From Calditrichales bacterium (GTDB taxonomy: Bacteria; Calditrichota; Calditrichia; Calditrichales; J004), in NCBI GenBank assembly GCA_965267575.1, contig OZ254086.1:3648001-3712000 (forward strand): 64,000 nt of DNA, read 5' to 3'. Under the pieces are notes generated by a model. The model was not told the DNA's origin. It was given only the letters and a program-made list of their open reading frames with translations, and ran no database searches. The position numbers and the translations under genes are program-made. Positions 28,680-38,850 of this stretch are shown one piece after another; position 1 is the first letter of the stretch; each line of letters starts with the position of its first letter.

Positions 28680-29378
28680 ATGGCAAAGAAAGAAAAAAAG
28701 AAACTTGAGGAACCGTCAGCACCGTTTTGGATGACAACATACGGTGACATGGTAACTTTGCTGATGGTGTTTTTTATCCTCATCCTTTCTTTTTCGGTCA
28801 TACAGCTGGAAAAATTCAAAGGGGCCATGAGTTCCATGAAAGGCGCGCTGGGCGTTATGCCTGAGATGTCCAGTACATACAAAAGAATAGACCCCAATCT
28901 TCAAGACGAGGAAAGCCGCATTCGCCAGGAAATGGTGAGCCGCATAAGCTCCATTGAAGAAGTGCTGCGGGCCATGAGCCTTTCCGAGTTTGTAGAGCTG
29001 GAAGCTAATCCCGAAGGCGTACTGATCCGCATGGGCGATAAGCTTCTGTTTGAGAGCGGAAAAGCGGAGATCATGCCCCGGGCACTGCCCGTACTGGACC
29101 AGATCATACAGACGTTCGATGGTACCTACAAAGCCATTTATGTGGAAGGGCACACGGATAACGTGCCCATAAGCAGCGCCAGGTATCCTTCCAACTGGGA
29201 GCTTTCGGCGGCGCGGGCGCTCAATGTTGTGCGCTATCTGAGCAAGAAAGGGCATATCCATCCTTCAAAACTCGCTGCCGTGGGTCATGGCGAACACCGC
29301 CCGTTGCTTCCCAATACCACACCGCAAAACCGTGCTAAAAACCGCCGTGTGGAAATTCTCCTGCGTATGGATGAATAA
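28680..29378 (+). CDS. motB: Flagellar stator protein MotB
   Basis: WMTTYGDMVTLLMVFF with the conserved Asp; OmpA-like domain (EGHTD, SNWELSAARA, NRRVEI). Confidence 0.95.
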   Translation: MAKKEKKKLEEPSAPFWMTTYGDMVTLLMVFFILILSFSVIQLEKFKGAMSSMKGALGVMPEMSSTYKRIDPNLQDEESRIRQEMVSRISSIEEVLRAMSLSEFVELEANPEGVLIRMGDKLLFESGKAEIMPRALPVLDQIIQTFDGTYKAIYVEGHTDNVPISSARYPSNWELSAARALNVVRYLSKKGHIHPSKLAAVGHGEHRPLLPNTTPQNRAKNRRVEILLRMDE

Positions 29379-29389
29379 AAAACCAATGC

Positions 29390-29424
29390 GGAAAAATTTT
29401 CCCCCGGCGGGTAAATCTTTTTCC
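29390..29424. promoter_or_regulatory. Tandem enhancer (UAS) boxes upstream of fliL
   Basis: Perfect palindrome GGAAAAATTTTCC at 29390 and partial box TAAATCTTTTTCC at 29412. Confidence 0.6.
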
Positions 29425-29547
29425 TGAGTTTGTATGCTTATCAGCCGCAAATAAATCCTGCCTTAAATCCTTTTATTCTCCTTAAGTCCAGTATTTTCAA
29501 TACTTAACACGCCACTTAATATCACCCTGCTTCATCTGTGCTACAGT

Positions 29548-29562
29548 TGGCACGCAAGTTGA
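29548..29562 (+). promoter_or_regulatory. Sigma54 promoter of the fliL operon
   Basis: TGGCAC-GCAAG-TTGA, nearly identical to the flgB promoter. Confidence 0.8.
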
Positions 29563-29596
29563 CATAGTTGTGCTGAAAAGAACTATGAGGAATGAT

Positions 29597-30121
29597 ATGG
29601 CTGAAGAAAAAGAAGATGTAACGCAAGAAACGCCGGAAGAGCAGCCGGAGAAAAAATCCAAAAAGGGTTTATACGCCGCTCTTATTGGCGCTCAGCTTGT
29701 GATTGCTGCGGTTCTCGCCTGGTACTTCATATTTCCTGAATATCAGCAGCTTGCCGAAGCCAAGGCGCTTACGGAAGGTACGGAAGCGCAAGAAGCAGAA
29801 GAACACGAACCCCGTGAACTGGGACAGATCTACTCCATTCAAAATATTACCGTAAACCCAAAAGGCTCAGGAGGAACGCGCTTTGCCGTTTTTGAGCTGG
29901 CCCTGGAAGTTATGGAAGAGGGTGATCTGGAATCGATACAAAAATACGAAATGGTTTTGATGGACAATTACATCAACTATTTCCGGTCGCGCACGGTAAA
30001 TGAGCTGACCGACGAAACATTCACGGATTCGATGAAAGAGGACCTTAAGGTGCTCGCTAATGACATTTTGGGAAGAGACGCAGTGAGCCGGGTTTACTTT
30101 ACCCGCTTTGTCCTTGAATAA
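29597..30121 (+). CDS. fliL: Flagellar basal body-associated protein FliL
   Basis: Single TM, ITVNPKG and C-terminal VYFTRFVLE; ATG at 29597 follows GAGGA. Confidence 0.9.
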   Translation: MAEEKEDVTQETPEEQPEKKSKKGLYAALIGAQLVIAAVLAWYFIFPEYQQLAEAKALTEGTEAQEAEEHEPRELGQIYSIQNITVNPKGSGGTRFAVFELALEVMEEGDLESIQKYEMVLMDNYINYFRSRTVNELTDETFTDSMKEDLKVLANDILGRDAVSRVYFTRFVLE

Positions 30122-30143
30122 ACAGGTAATCAGGTAGACACGT

Positions 30144-31124
30144 ATGGCTAAAATATTATCGCAAGACGAAATTGATGCGTTGTTATCGAATGTAGATGAC
30201 GGCGACGAGGAAGGGCTGGACCAACAGCAGAAGATCTCGCTCTACGACTTTAAGCATCCCAACCTGGTGTCCAAGGAGCAGATGCGTCTGCTGGAAAACA
30301 TCCATGAAGGGGTATGCCGTAATTTTGGCGTTTTCCTTTCCGCGCAATTGCGCATGATCGTGGAAATGAACCTTCTGGCGATTGACCAGATCATGTACTC
30401 TGAATTTGTTATGTCTATCGCGCCGCCCAGCAGCATATACGTTATGCACGTTCCGAAGCCCGAAGGTAACTTTGTTCTGGAAATCAATCCGCAACTCTCC
30501 ATTTTTATAGTAGAGCGACTGTTTGGCGGTCGTGGCGGCTTTGTCTCCAATGTGCGGCCGATTTCGGTTATCGAGCAAAAAATCATGCGCCGCGTAGTCG
30601 ATCGCATCGCTTACGAGATAAACCGTAACTGGCAGCAGGTGGCGCCGTTTAAGCCGGAAATAAGCCGCTTCGAAAGCAATCCCGAATTTGTGCAGATTGT
30701 ACCTTCGTCAGAACCGGTTGTTGTGGCCTCTATGGAGGTAAAAATACACGGCAACAGCACACTGATGAACATCTGCTACCCCTACATGATGATCTCGAAT
30801 ATCGTCTCCACGCCGGAAGTGCAGGAGAAAATTCTTTTTGGCGCCAAAGAGCCTTCCCGCGAAGAGACGGACCTGGTAAAGTTCAATCTTGTAAACACAC
30901 CTCTTGACCTTAAAGCCGTGCTCGGTACGGGACACATCACGGTAGATGATTTTGTCAACCTGACTGAGGGCGATGTCATCAAGCTGGAAACCCGTACCGA
31001 CGAGGCATTGCCCGTTTACGCAAATAATAAACACGTCTTCGATTCCATTGTAGGCGTTCACAAAAACCGATACGCGATACGTATCTTGTCCCAAGTATCA
31101 GAGGATAGAAAATATGGCGAATAA
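30144..31124 (+). CDS. fliM: Flagellar motor switch protein FliM
   Basis: LSQDEIDALL CheY-binding motif, YDFKHP, FGGRG, ESNPEF and a C-terminal SpoA domain. Confidence 0.96.
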   Translation: MAKILSQDEIDALLSNVDDGDEEGLDQQQKISLYDFKHPNLVSKEQMRLLENIHEGVCRNFGVFLSAQLRMIVEMNLLAIDQIMYSEFVMSIAPPSSIYVMHVPKPEGNFVLEINPQLSIFIVERLFGGRGGFVSNVRPISVIEQKIMRRVVDRIAYEINRNWQQVAPFKPEISRFESNPEFVQIVPSSEPVVVASMEVKIHGNSTLMNICYPYMMISNIVSTPEVQEKILFGAKEPSREETDLVKFNLVNTPLDLKAVLGTGHITVDDFVNLTEGDVIKLETRTDEALPVYANNKHVFDSIVGVHKNRYAIRILSQVSEDRKYGE

Positions 31125-32025
31125 TCTTAAGTCCCGCATTGAGGGGCATGTTCAGGAAGTCGTCCCGGTTATAGCCAACACGTTGGGCCAAATTCTTAAC
31201 CGGGAATTTGAATTACACGCTGATTTCTCACCTGACAGTGATGTCACAAATATCATTAAAAACGAAGTTTACCCGCGCGTTGCCGTTTCGTTTACGTCCG
31301 GCAGCGATGAACGCGCCGTGCGCAACGTAATGCTGCTGGAGCCGGAATTTGTGCTCAAATTTTACGCCTGGATGCTGATGGATGATCCGGCGGATGAGCT
31401 TACCAGCGATCATTTTGATGGCCTAAGGGAAGGGCTGGAACAGCTTTTCGGCCAGATCAAAATGGCCGTGCCGGATGAGACGGGTGTTTTTGTCGTAAGC
31501 GATCTCGAGGTGGCCTACGCCGAGGATTTTGGTTCTATTGAGCCGCAAACCCCGGAAGGTGAAGGCGTGCTCGGCACACTTAGCCTTAGCAGCGACGGAG
31601 ATGCCTTCACCATCGCGCACTATTTCTGGCCGGAGCATCCCGAACAGTTTGCAGAAAAAGGAAGCAAGCCTAAAAGCAAAACGGAATCCGCACCGGTAAA
31701 TATCAGCAATGCCCAGTTCGGCGAGATCGATTATGCCGGCAGCACGCCGGGTGATCCGGGTAATGTAAGCATGCTACTCGATGTAGAGCTGGAAATACGG
31801 GTCGAGATTGACCGCAAGCGAATCCTGGTTTCGGACCTGCTCAAGTTGGGTAAGGGCTCGATTGTTGAGCTGGAAAAATCCGCAGGGGAGCCGTTGGATA
31901 TTTTTGTAAACGGCCGCAAGTTCGCTGAAGGCGAAGTTGTGGTTATTGATGATAAATTCGGTATCCGCATTACACAGCTGCTTAGTCCCAAAGACCGTAT
32001 GAAAAGCCTTGGAAAGGCCGTCTGA
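31114..32025 (+). CDS. fliN: Flagellar switch protein FliN with N-terminal CheC-like region (FliY-like)
   Basis: C-terminal LLDVELEIRVEI...GEVVVIDDKFGIRI; about 200 aa N-terminal extension. Confidence 0.85.
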   Translation: MANNLKSRIEGHVQEVVPVIANTLGQILNREFELHADFSPDSDVTNIIKNEVYPRVAVSFTSGSDERAVRNVMLLEPEFVLKFYAWMLMDDPADELTSDHFDGLREGLEQLFGQIKMAVPDETGVFVVSDLEVAYAEDFGSIEPQTPEGEGVLGTLSLSSDGDAFTIAHYFWPEHPEQFAEKGSKPKSKTESAPVNISNAQFGEIDYAGSTPGDPGNVSMLLDVELEIRVEIDRKRILVSDLLKLGKGSIVELEKSAGEPLDIFVNGRKFAEGEVVVIDDKFGIRITQLLSPKDRMKSLGKAV

Positions 32026-32510
32026 TGAGATGTTGTTTTTGGCTTTTACTGGCCGCAATCTTAATCGGCAGCACACCGTCATTGGCGCAGGAAGCCGCGC
32101 ACGACAGCAGCGCCGTATCTGCAAAACGCTATTTCACGGATAAGGATACAAGCAAAGCTGTTTCGCCCATTTCCCGTAATAACGATCCTGCCGGACACCT
32201 GTGGCGTGTGGCGGGTGTTACGTTTCTACTGCTGGTGGTGCTTGTGGCCGGATTGGGATTATACAAAAAATATGTTTTGCGCCAGGCGCCGGGCCAATCG
32301 GCAAATATCCGTGTGGTGGCACGGCATACACTGGGACCGAAACAATCTATAATGATTGTTCATATTGACGGCACCAAATACGCGCTGGGCGCCACCGAAC
32401 ATTCCATAAACGTTATCGATAATCTCGGGGAAGCCGGGCCGGAAGAAGAAGCCGTTATGACGCAGCCGGGATTCAATCAAATATTTAAGAAGATAATTCA
32501 GCAAAAATGA
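32025..32510 (+). CDS. fliO: Flagellar biosynthesis protein FliO
   Basis: TM followed by IRVVARHTLGPKQSIMIVHI...LGAT; lies before fliP. Confidence 0.85.
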   Translation: MRCCFWLLLAAILIGSTPSLAQEAAHDSSAVSAKRYFTDKDTSKAVSPISRNNDPAGHLWRVAGVTFLLLVVLVAGLGLYKKYVLRQAPGQSANIRVVARHTLGPKQSIMIVHIDGTKYALGATEHSINVIDNLGEAGPEEEAVMTQPGFNQIFKKIIQQK

Positions 32511-33268
32511 AGAAGTATATACTTGGCGCCCTTGTGGTGCTGGCCTTAGCGCAGCTTTTTGTGCCGCAGCAGGCAATGGCTCAAAGCGGAAATCCGCTGC
32601 CCAATCTTTCCATCGGTTTTGAGCAATCTGAAAACCCCGATGACTTTGTGCCCACGCTGCAAATCGTTTTTATGCTCACGATCCTCAGCCTGGCACCCTC
32701 TATTCTGATCATGATGACTTCTTTTACGCGGATCATCGTGGTTTTTCACTTTTTGCGACAGAGCCTGGGCACGCAAACAGTGCCATCCAACCAGATTCTG
32801 ATTGGCTTGGCGTTGTTTATAACTTTTTTCGTCATGCGCCCCGTTATCGATGAGATAAACGACACAGCGCTGCAACCATACCTTAACGAGCAAATCACGC
32901 AGCGTGAGGCGCTGGAGCGCGCGGCCAAGCCCATGCGCGCATTCATGCTAAAGCAGACGCGAGAAGAAGATCTGATCCTTTTTGTAGATCTGCGCAATGA
33001 GCGTGAACAGCCCAAATCTGTCGATGATATTCCGCTTACGACGCTGATACCGGCCTTTATCGTAAGTGAATTGAAGACGGCTTTCCAGATTGGCTTTTTG
33101 CTCTATCTGCCCATGCTTTTAATAGACCTGGTGGTGGGCAGCGTGCTGCTTTCCATGGGGATGATGATGCTGCCGCCGGTTATGATCGCCATGCCGTTTA
33201 AACTGCTGTTGTTCGTAATGGTGGACGGCTGGTATTTGATTGTGGAATCACTTGTAAAAGGATTTTAG
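32507..33268 (+). CDS. fliP: Flagellar export gate protein FliP
   Basis: TSFTRIIVV, PAFIVSELKTAFQIGF and MGMMMLPP. Confidence 0.97.
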   Translation: MKKYILGALVVLALAQLFVPQQAMAQSGNPLPNLSIGFEQSENPDDFVPTLQIVFMLTILSLAPSILIMMTSFTRIIVVFHFLRQSLGTQTVPSNQILIGLALFITFFVMRPVIDEINDTALQPYLNEQITQREALERAAKPMRAFMLKQTREEDLILFVDLRNEREQPKSVDDIPLTTLIPAFIVSELKTAFQIGFLLYLPMLLIDLVVGSVLLSMGMMMLPPVMIAMPFKLLLFVMVDGWYLIVESLVKGF

Positions 33269-33270
33269 AA

Positions 33271-33540
33271 ATGACATCGGATTTTGTTTTATATATCACG
33301 CGTGAAGCGCTAATGACCTGCCTGTACATCCTTTTGCCAATCCTGGGAACAGGTTTGATCGTCGGTTTGGCGGTGGGCGTTTTCCAGGCCACTACGCAAA
33401 TTAATGAAATGACACTCAGTTTTGTACCCAAGATTGTTCTGGTTTTCCTGGTTATTTTTCTGTTAACCCCCTGGTTCCTGGATATCCTGATGTCGTTTAC
33501 GCGGGAAATATTCAGCCAGATTGTAGTGGTGAGCCAGTAA
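33271..33540 (+). CDS. fliQ: Flagellar export gate protein FliQ
   Basis: FQATTQINEMTLSFVPKI. Confidence 0.96.
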   Translation: MTSDFVLYITREALMTCLYILLPILGTGLIVGLAVGVFQATTQINEMTLSFVPKIVLVFLVIFLLTPWFLDILMSFTREIFSQIVVVSQ

Positions 33541-33541
33541 C

Positions 33542-34327
33542 ATGTACGATCTTATCGACAACATCGCCGTATGGCTTCCGGCCGTTTTCCTGGTCTTTGC
33601 CCGCTTGTCGGCATTGTTGTTGAGCATGCCTGTTTTTGGCTACGCTACGGTCTCGGGCCGCATCCGCCTGGCTATCGCGGTGGTACTTACACTGGTCATT
33701 GCGCCGGGCGTTGCGCAGGCTTTTACAATTACTTACAGTTCGAAACTGCTGTTTGGCCTGGATATTGCTCGCGAGATTATGCTGGGGTTGATGCTTGGTT
33801 TTGGCGCGCGCATCATTTTTGAAGGATTTGTCATGGCCGGATCGCTTATCGGCTTTCAGATGGGCTTTGCCATTATGAATGTGTTTGACCCGTCGACGCA
33901 AAATAACCAGGGTATTATCGGCAGTTTCTGGCTGCTGGTGGTGGTTACATTTTTCCTGGTCACCAACAGCCACCATCTGCTGATTGAGATCCTGTTTTTC
34001 AATTTTAAGGCAATACCGCCGGCCAGCGCCCTTTTTCATCCAGAAGCGGGTACGCAACTGATCGGCGCAGGCGCCATGATTTACGAGTTGGCCGTAAAAT
34101 TCGCCGCACCGATGATGATGTTCTTATTAATGACGGACGTCGCTATCGCCTTTATGGCGCGCGTTATGCCGCAACTGAACATATTTTTTATAAGTCTGCC
34201 GCTGAAAATCGGCATCGGCATTTTTATGCTGCTGATCTCCCTGCACATTTTTCAAAGCATGTTCGGCTATCTGATTGAATACCTGGAAGGTTTTCTGCTG
34301 GACATGGTGGTGGCAATAAAAGGATAA
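33542..34327 (+). CDS. fliR: Flagellar export gate protein FliR
   Basis: AGSLIGFQMGF and RVMPQLNIFFISLPLKI; multi-TM. Confidence 0.95.
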   Translation: MYDLIDNIAVWLPAVFLVFARLSALLLSMPVFGYATVSGRIRLAIAVVLTLVIAPGVAQAFTITYSSKLLFGLDIAREIMLGLMLGFGARIIFEGFVMAGSLIGFQMGFAIMNVFDPSTQNNQGIIGSFWLLVVVTFFLVTNSHHLLIEILFFNFKAIPPASALFHPEAGTQLIGAGAMIYELAVKFAAPMMMFLLMTDVAIAFMARVMPQLNIFFISLPLKIGIGIFMLLISLHIFQSMFGYLIEYLEGFLLDMVVAIKG

Positions 34328-34330
34328 GAA

Positions 34331-35431
34331 ATGGCTGAGAACGAAAACGGTCAGGAGAAAACTGAACAGCCTTCTCCCAAGCGAAGGGAGGAGGCGATTG
34401 AAAAGGGTAACGTTGCCAAAAGCTCAGAGCTCAATTCCGTGGCTGTGCTGATTGCCACGTTGATTGTGTTCCGCTACCTGGGCGGCTTTATCGGTGAAGA
34501 GTTGAATGAATTCATGAATTACATCTACACGGAATCGTCGATGATGCAACTGAACGAGACCTCTTTCGCCGCTTTATCGCAATTTACGATCACGGCGATG
34601 TTCACCATAATGGCGCCGGTGCTGCTGATTGTTCTATTGTTTGCCGTGGCTAGCAACGTGGGGCAGGTAGGCTTTATCGTTGCCACCAAAGCCCTGAAGC
34701 CCAACTTTAAAAAGCTCAATCCTTTTTCCGGGCTCAAGCGTCTATTCTCCATGCGTTCAATCGTGGAGCTGATAAAGGGATTGTTAAAGATCGCCATCAT
34801 CGGAATTATCGGATACCTGGTGGTGATGAGCCATTATGAAGAGTACCTGGTATTACCGCATCAATCCGTGATGCAGATAGCCGGGTTTATGGGCGACGTT
34901 ATGTACGATCTTACTTTTAAAATTGCCCTGGCGCTGCTGGTTATGGCTATTGGCGACTTCGCTTACCAAAAATACGATCACGAAAAAAATCTTAAAATGA
35001 CCAAGCAGGAAGTTAAGGAAGAAAATAAACAGGCAGAAGGCGACCCGCACGTGAAGGGACGCATTCGCACGTTGCAGCGCGAGATGGCGCGGCGGCGAAT
35101 GATGGCCGATATTCCTGAGGCTACCGTCGTTGTGACCAACCCGACGCATTACGCCGTCGCCCTGAAATACGACCCGGCCGCCAAAGCGGACGCGCCAAAA
35201 GTAATTGCCAAAGGTAAAAATTTGATCGCGCAAAAAATAAAAGAAATAGCCGCCGAACACGGTGTGCCTGTTGTGGAAAACAAACCGCTTGCACGGTCTT
35301 TATTCAGCGCTACGGAAGTGGGCGACGAGATCCCGGGTGCCTTGTACCAGGCCGTCGCCGAAGTATTAAGCCAGGTATTCCAGGCCGACCGCAACCGCTA
35401 CGATTCAATACGGAGAAAACTGAATGGCTAA
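34331..35431 (+). CDS. flhB: Flagellar export switch protein FlhB
   Basis: EKTEQPSPKR, KMTKQEVKEE and the NPTH autocleavage motif. Confidence 0.97.
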   Translation: MAENENGQEKTEQPSPKRREEAIEKGNVAKSSELNSVAVLIATLIVFRYLGGFIGEELNEFMNYIYTESSMMQLNETSFAALSQFTITAMFTIMAPVLLIVLLFAVASNVGQVGFIVATKALKPNFKKLNPFSGLKRLFSMRSIVELIKGLLKIAIIGIIGYLVVMSHYEEYLVLPHQSVMQIAGFMGDVMYDLTFKIALALLVMAIGDFAYQKYDHEKNLKMTKQEVKEENKQAEGDPHVKGRIRTLQREMARRRMMADIPEATVVVTNPTHYAVALKYDPAAKADAPKVIAKGKNLIAQKIKEIAAEHGVPVVENKPLARSLFSATEVGDEIPGALYQAVAEVLSQVFQADRNRYDSIRRKLNG

Positions 35432-37523
35432 TTTGTCAGCCGCTGTAGGAACAAAGAAAGGCATTGAAGACGCCGGGCTAAGCAACAGCAGCAATATCGT
35501 ACTTACGGCTGCCATAGTTATGATCCTTGGTGTGATGGTTCTGCCGTTGCCAACCTTTTTTATGGACATGCTGATGGCGATGAACATTACCAGTTCGCTG
35601 GTGGTGCTTTTTGTAACGCTGTTTGTATTGCGGCCCATGGATTTTTCCGTATTTCCCGGTCTTTTGTTGATCTTAACGCTGTTTCGCCTGTCGCTCAACA
35701 TTGCCTCCACCCGACTCATTCTTGGTGAAGCCTATGCCGGTGAAATCATTGAAGCCTTCGGTTCTTTTGTGGTGCAGGGCAACTATGTTGTCGGAACCGT
35801 TATTTTCCTGATTCTTGTTATCATCAACTTTGTTGTTATTACCAAGGGCGCTACGCGTATCGCCGAAGTTTCGGCGCGCTTTACGCTGGATGCCATGCCC
35901 GGCAAGCAGATGGCCATCGATGCAGACCTGAATGCCGGCCTGATTGACGACCTGGAAGCGCAGAACCGCCGTAATGCCATCGCTAAGGAAGCCGACTTCT
36001 ACGGCGCCATGGATGGTGCAAGTAAATTTGTCCGCGGGGATGCTATCGCCGGATTGCTTATTACCGCCATCAACATGGTCGGCGGTTTGTTGATTGGTAT
36101 TTTACAGCGCGGCCTTAGCGCCGGTGATGCCGCCGGTATTTATACGCTGTTAACGATCGGAGACGGTCTTGTGGCGCAAATTCCTGCGCTGATTATCTCC
36201 ACATCCGCCGGTATTGTCATCACCCGCGCTTCCTCCGTTTCCAACATGGGCTCGGATATTGCCAACCAAGTAATCGGCCAGCCCAAAGCGATTTACGCGG
36301 CATCGGGCGTTATTGGCATGATGGGTTTGCTGCCCGGCCTGCCTTTTATTCCGTTTACGATTATGGCCGTGGGTATGGCCGTTCTCGGTAGCCAGATCCA
36401 GAAAAAATTCCGTGAGCAGGAAGCGCGCGAAGCGGAACTGGAAGCAGAAGAGGAAGCGGAAACCGTTGAGCCGGAAGAACGCATTGAAAGCTTTCTGCAT
36501 CCCGACGCCTTTGAAATTGAGATCGGCTACGGACTAATCCCACTTGTGGATGAAAACCAGGGCGGTAACCTGCTTAACCGTATTACCACGATCCGTAAAA
36601 GCCTTGCCATCGAAATGGGAATGCTGGTGCCACCTATCCGTATCCGCGATAATATCCAGCTGCGGGCCAGCGAGTATGTTTTTAAAATTTATGGCATTGA
36701 AGTAGCGCGTGGAGAAGTGATGCTCGATTACTACATGGTAGTTAACCCCGACGATCGTCTGGGTCTTACCGGCATTGAGATGACCGAGCCGACCTTCGGC
36801 CTGCCGGCTATCTGGGTTTCCGACCAGGAGCGGGAAAAGGCGGAAATGACCGGCAACACGGTTGTGGAAGCGCCGGCTGTAATCGCCACGCACCTGATGG
36901 AGGTGCTGCGCAACAACTGCTTTAAGCTGCTCGACCGCCAGGCAACGCAAAAAATGCTGAATGACCTGAAAGAATCCCATGGTGCTTTGGTTGATGGCCT
37001 GGTGCCGGATATCGTGCCGCTGGGAACAGTGCAAAAGGTTCTGAAAAACCTGTTGCACGAGCGCGTACCGATCCGCAACCTGGTAGTTATACTGGAAACG
37101 GTCGCAGACAATTCGGCCTTTTCGAAGGATTCGGAAGTGCTTACGGAATACGCGCGCCAGGCACTGGCGGAAACGATCACGGATATGCTCAAAGACGAGA
37201 ACAATTCCGTTACCGTTGCTATGTTCGAGCCGGCGCTGGAAGACCATATCATGAATTCAATCCGCAATAACGGCATCGCCCAGAACCTCGGTCTTTCTCC
37301 CGAGCAGGTAAGTACACTTTTCCAAAAACTTGCCGAAAAGATAGAGGAAATGAACATGATGGGCGTGCGTCCGGCCTTGCTGGTTTCGCCGCAGATCCGC
37401 CGCGCGGTAAGGAAATTCCTGGAATCGGTCTTTTCAAATGTCATGGTCATTTCGTATAACGAGCTGACACCCGATACAGAAGTAAAAACAGTAGGTTCAA
37501 TAGGAACGCCTCATGCAGGTTAA
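35424..37523 (+). CDS. flhA: Flagellar export protein FlhA
   Basis: RFTLDAMPGKQMAIDADL and FYGAMDGASKFVRGDAIAG. Confidence 0.97.
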   Translation: MANLSAAVGTKKGIEDAGLSNSSNIVLTAAIVMILGVMVLPLPTFFMDMLMAMNITSSLVVLFVTLFVLRPMDFSVFPGLLLILTLFRLSLNIASTRLILGEAYAGEIIEAFGSFVVQGNYVVGTVIFLILVIINFVVITKGATRIAEVSARFTLDAMPGKQMAIDADLNAGLIDDLEAQNRRNAIAKEADFYGAMDGASKFVRGDAIAGLLITAINMVGGLLIGILQRGLSAGDAAGIYTLLTIGDGLVAQIPALIISTSAGIVITRASSVSNMGSDIANQVIGQPKAIYAASGVIGMMGLLPGLPFIPFTIMAVGMAVLGSQIQKKFREQEAREAELEAEEEAETVEPEERIESFLHPDAFEIEIGYGLIPLVDENQGGNLLNRITTIRKSLAIEMGMLVPPIRIRDNIQLRASEYVFKIYGIEVARGEVMLDYYMVVNPDDRLGLTGIEMTEPTFGLPAIWVSDQEREKAEMTGNTVVEAPAVIATHLMEVLRNNCFKLLDRQATQKMLNDLKESHGALVDGLVPDIVPLGTVQKVLKNLLHERVPIRNLVVILETVADNSAFSKDSEVLTEYARQALAETITDMLKDENNSVTVAMFEPALEDHIMNSIRNNGIAQNLGLSPEQVSTLFQKLAEKIEEMNMMGVRPALLVSPQIRRAVRKFLESVFSNVMVISYNELTPDTEVKTVGSIGTPHAG

Positions 37524-38847
37524 GTCATATCTGGATACATCCTTGCCCCGCGCCATTCTTAGGGCCAAGCAGGAGCTGGGAAACGAAATCATCATCATCG
37601 AATCACGTGACGTGGTAAACCACCCCGATTATCCGGGCAAAAAAATGGTTAAAGTTATCGTGGGCCTCTCTCCGGAAGATGAGAAAAAACAGGTCAAAAA
37701 ATGGGTCCCGCCTTCTGTTAACAGCGAAGAGCGCAAGGAAGGCCAGGGCCGCCAGAACCCATCGCGTAAAGATCACCGGACCAGCACTTACAGCAAAGTG
37801 CGTCAGGAGATAGAAGCTAAAAATCCTCTCCCTAAAGCGCCGCCGCCCAAAGAGAATCAATTCAATGATATGATTTCCAATATTCTCAACCGCCAGCCCA
37901 AAGAGCTGGACAAAGAGAAAAATATACTTGATGAGATTTCCAAGCTGCGTCGCGAGATCACCGAACTGAGCAAAAAATCGGAACAGGCGGCGGTTAGCGC
38001 CAAAGCCCAGGCGGAACAGCTTAAAAGCAGCACACAGGAGCCTCTGGCACGTTTCCCCGAGCCCTACAAGACCATCCAGGATTATATGCTCGAAAAAGGC
38101 GTGCAGGAAGATATTGCTTACGATTTCATCAACCGTGCTTTTCTGCTGAAAGAGGGCAAACGCAACGTGAAGGGCAGCGAGGTGCTGGGGCAGCTGCGCG
38201 GGGAAATGAAAGAGCTTCTGCAGCCTTACGATTTCAATAAAGTCGAACGCAGCAAAAAGCAGCGCGTGGTTCTTCTGCTGGGCCCCACGGGCGCGGGAAA
38301 AAGTACCGCCGCCATGAAGCTGGCTTCGCATCCGGAAATTTACGGCAAAAAAAGAGTGGCGATTCTGTCGACCGACCCCTATGGCCCGTCCGAAGCCTTA
38401 AAAGCGTTTGCGCGCATGAGCGAAACCGCCGTTCATGAAGAGAAGGATATAGACAAGACCGAAGCGCTTCTGGAGAAGTACAAGAATAAAGATGTGCTGA
38501 TCGTAGACACGCCGGGGAAAAGCCCGTTTGATCCAAACCAGCTCAGCAGACTGGAAAACTTTGTGAAGCGCCTTAAGCCAACCGACATATTCCTGGTGCT
38601 TAGCGTGGGCTCCGACTTGAAAGACCTTGTGCTGCTGTGCGCCAATTACCTGCTGTTGAAGCCCAACGGCATCGTATTTACAAAATTTGATGAAACCACG
38701 CAGCCGGGCAAAGTATTTTCCATACTGGACGTTATCAATCTGCCGGTTGTGAGTTTCTGCGACGGCAAAAAAATATTTATAGACGTTCACAAGGGCGAGC
38801 CGGAATATATGTTTAAAAAAGTTTTACCTCAGAACATGGAAAGTTAA
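37513..38847 (+). CDS. flhF: SRP-type GTPase FlhF (divergent)
   Basis: N-terminal AKQELGNEIIII, GPTGAGKST, DTPG and TKFDE; lies between flhA and flhG. Confidence 0.85.
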   Translation: MQVKSYLDTSLPRAILRAKQELGNEIIIIESRDVVNHPDYPGKKMVKVIVGLSPEDEKKQVKKWVPPSVNSEERKEGQGRQNPSRKDHRTSTYSKVRQEIEAKNPLPKAPPPKENQFNDMISNILNRQPKELDKEKNILDEISKLRREITELSKKSEQAAVSAKAQAEQLKSSTQEPLARFPEPYKTIQDYMLEKGVQEDIAYDFINRAFLLKEGKRNVKGSEVLGQLRGEMKELLQPYDFNKVERSKKQRVVLLLGPTGAGKSTAAMKLASHPEIYGKKRVAILSTDPYGPSEALKAFARMSETAVHEEKDIDKTEALLEKYKNKDVLIVDTPGKSPFDPNQLSRLENFVKRLKPTDIFLVLSVGSDLKDLVLLCANYLLLKPNGIVFTKFDETTQPGKVFSILDVINLPVVSFCDGKKIFIDVHKGEPEYMFKKVLPQNMES

Positions 38848-38850
38848 GCG

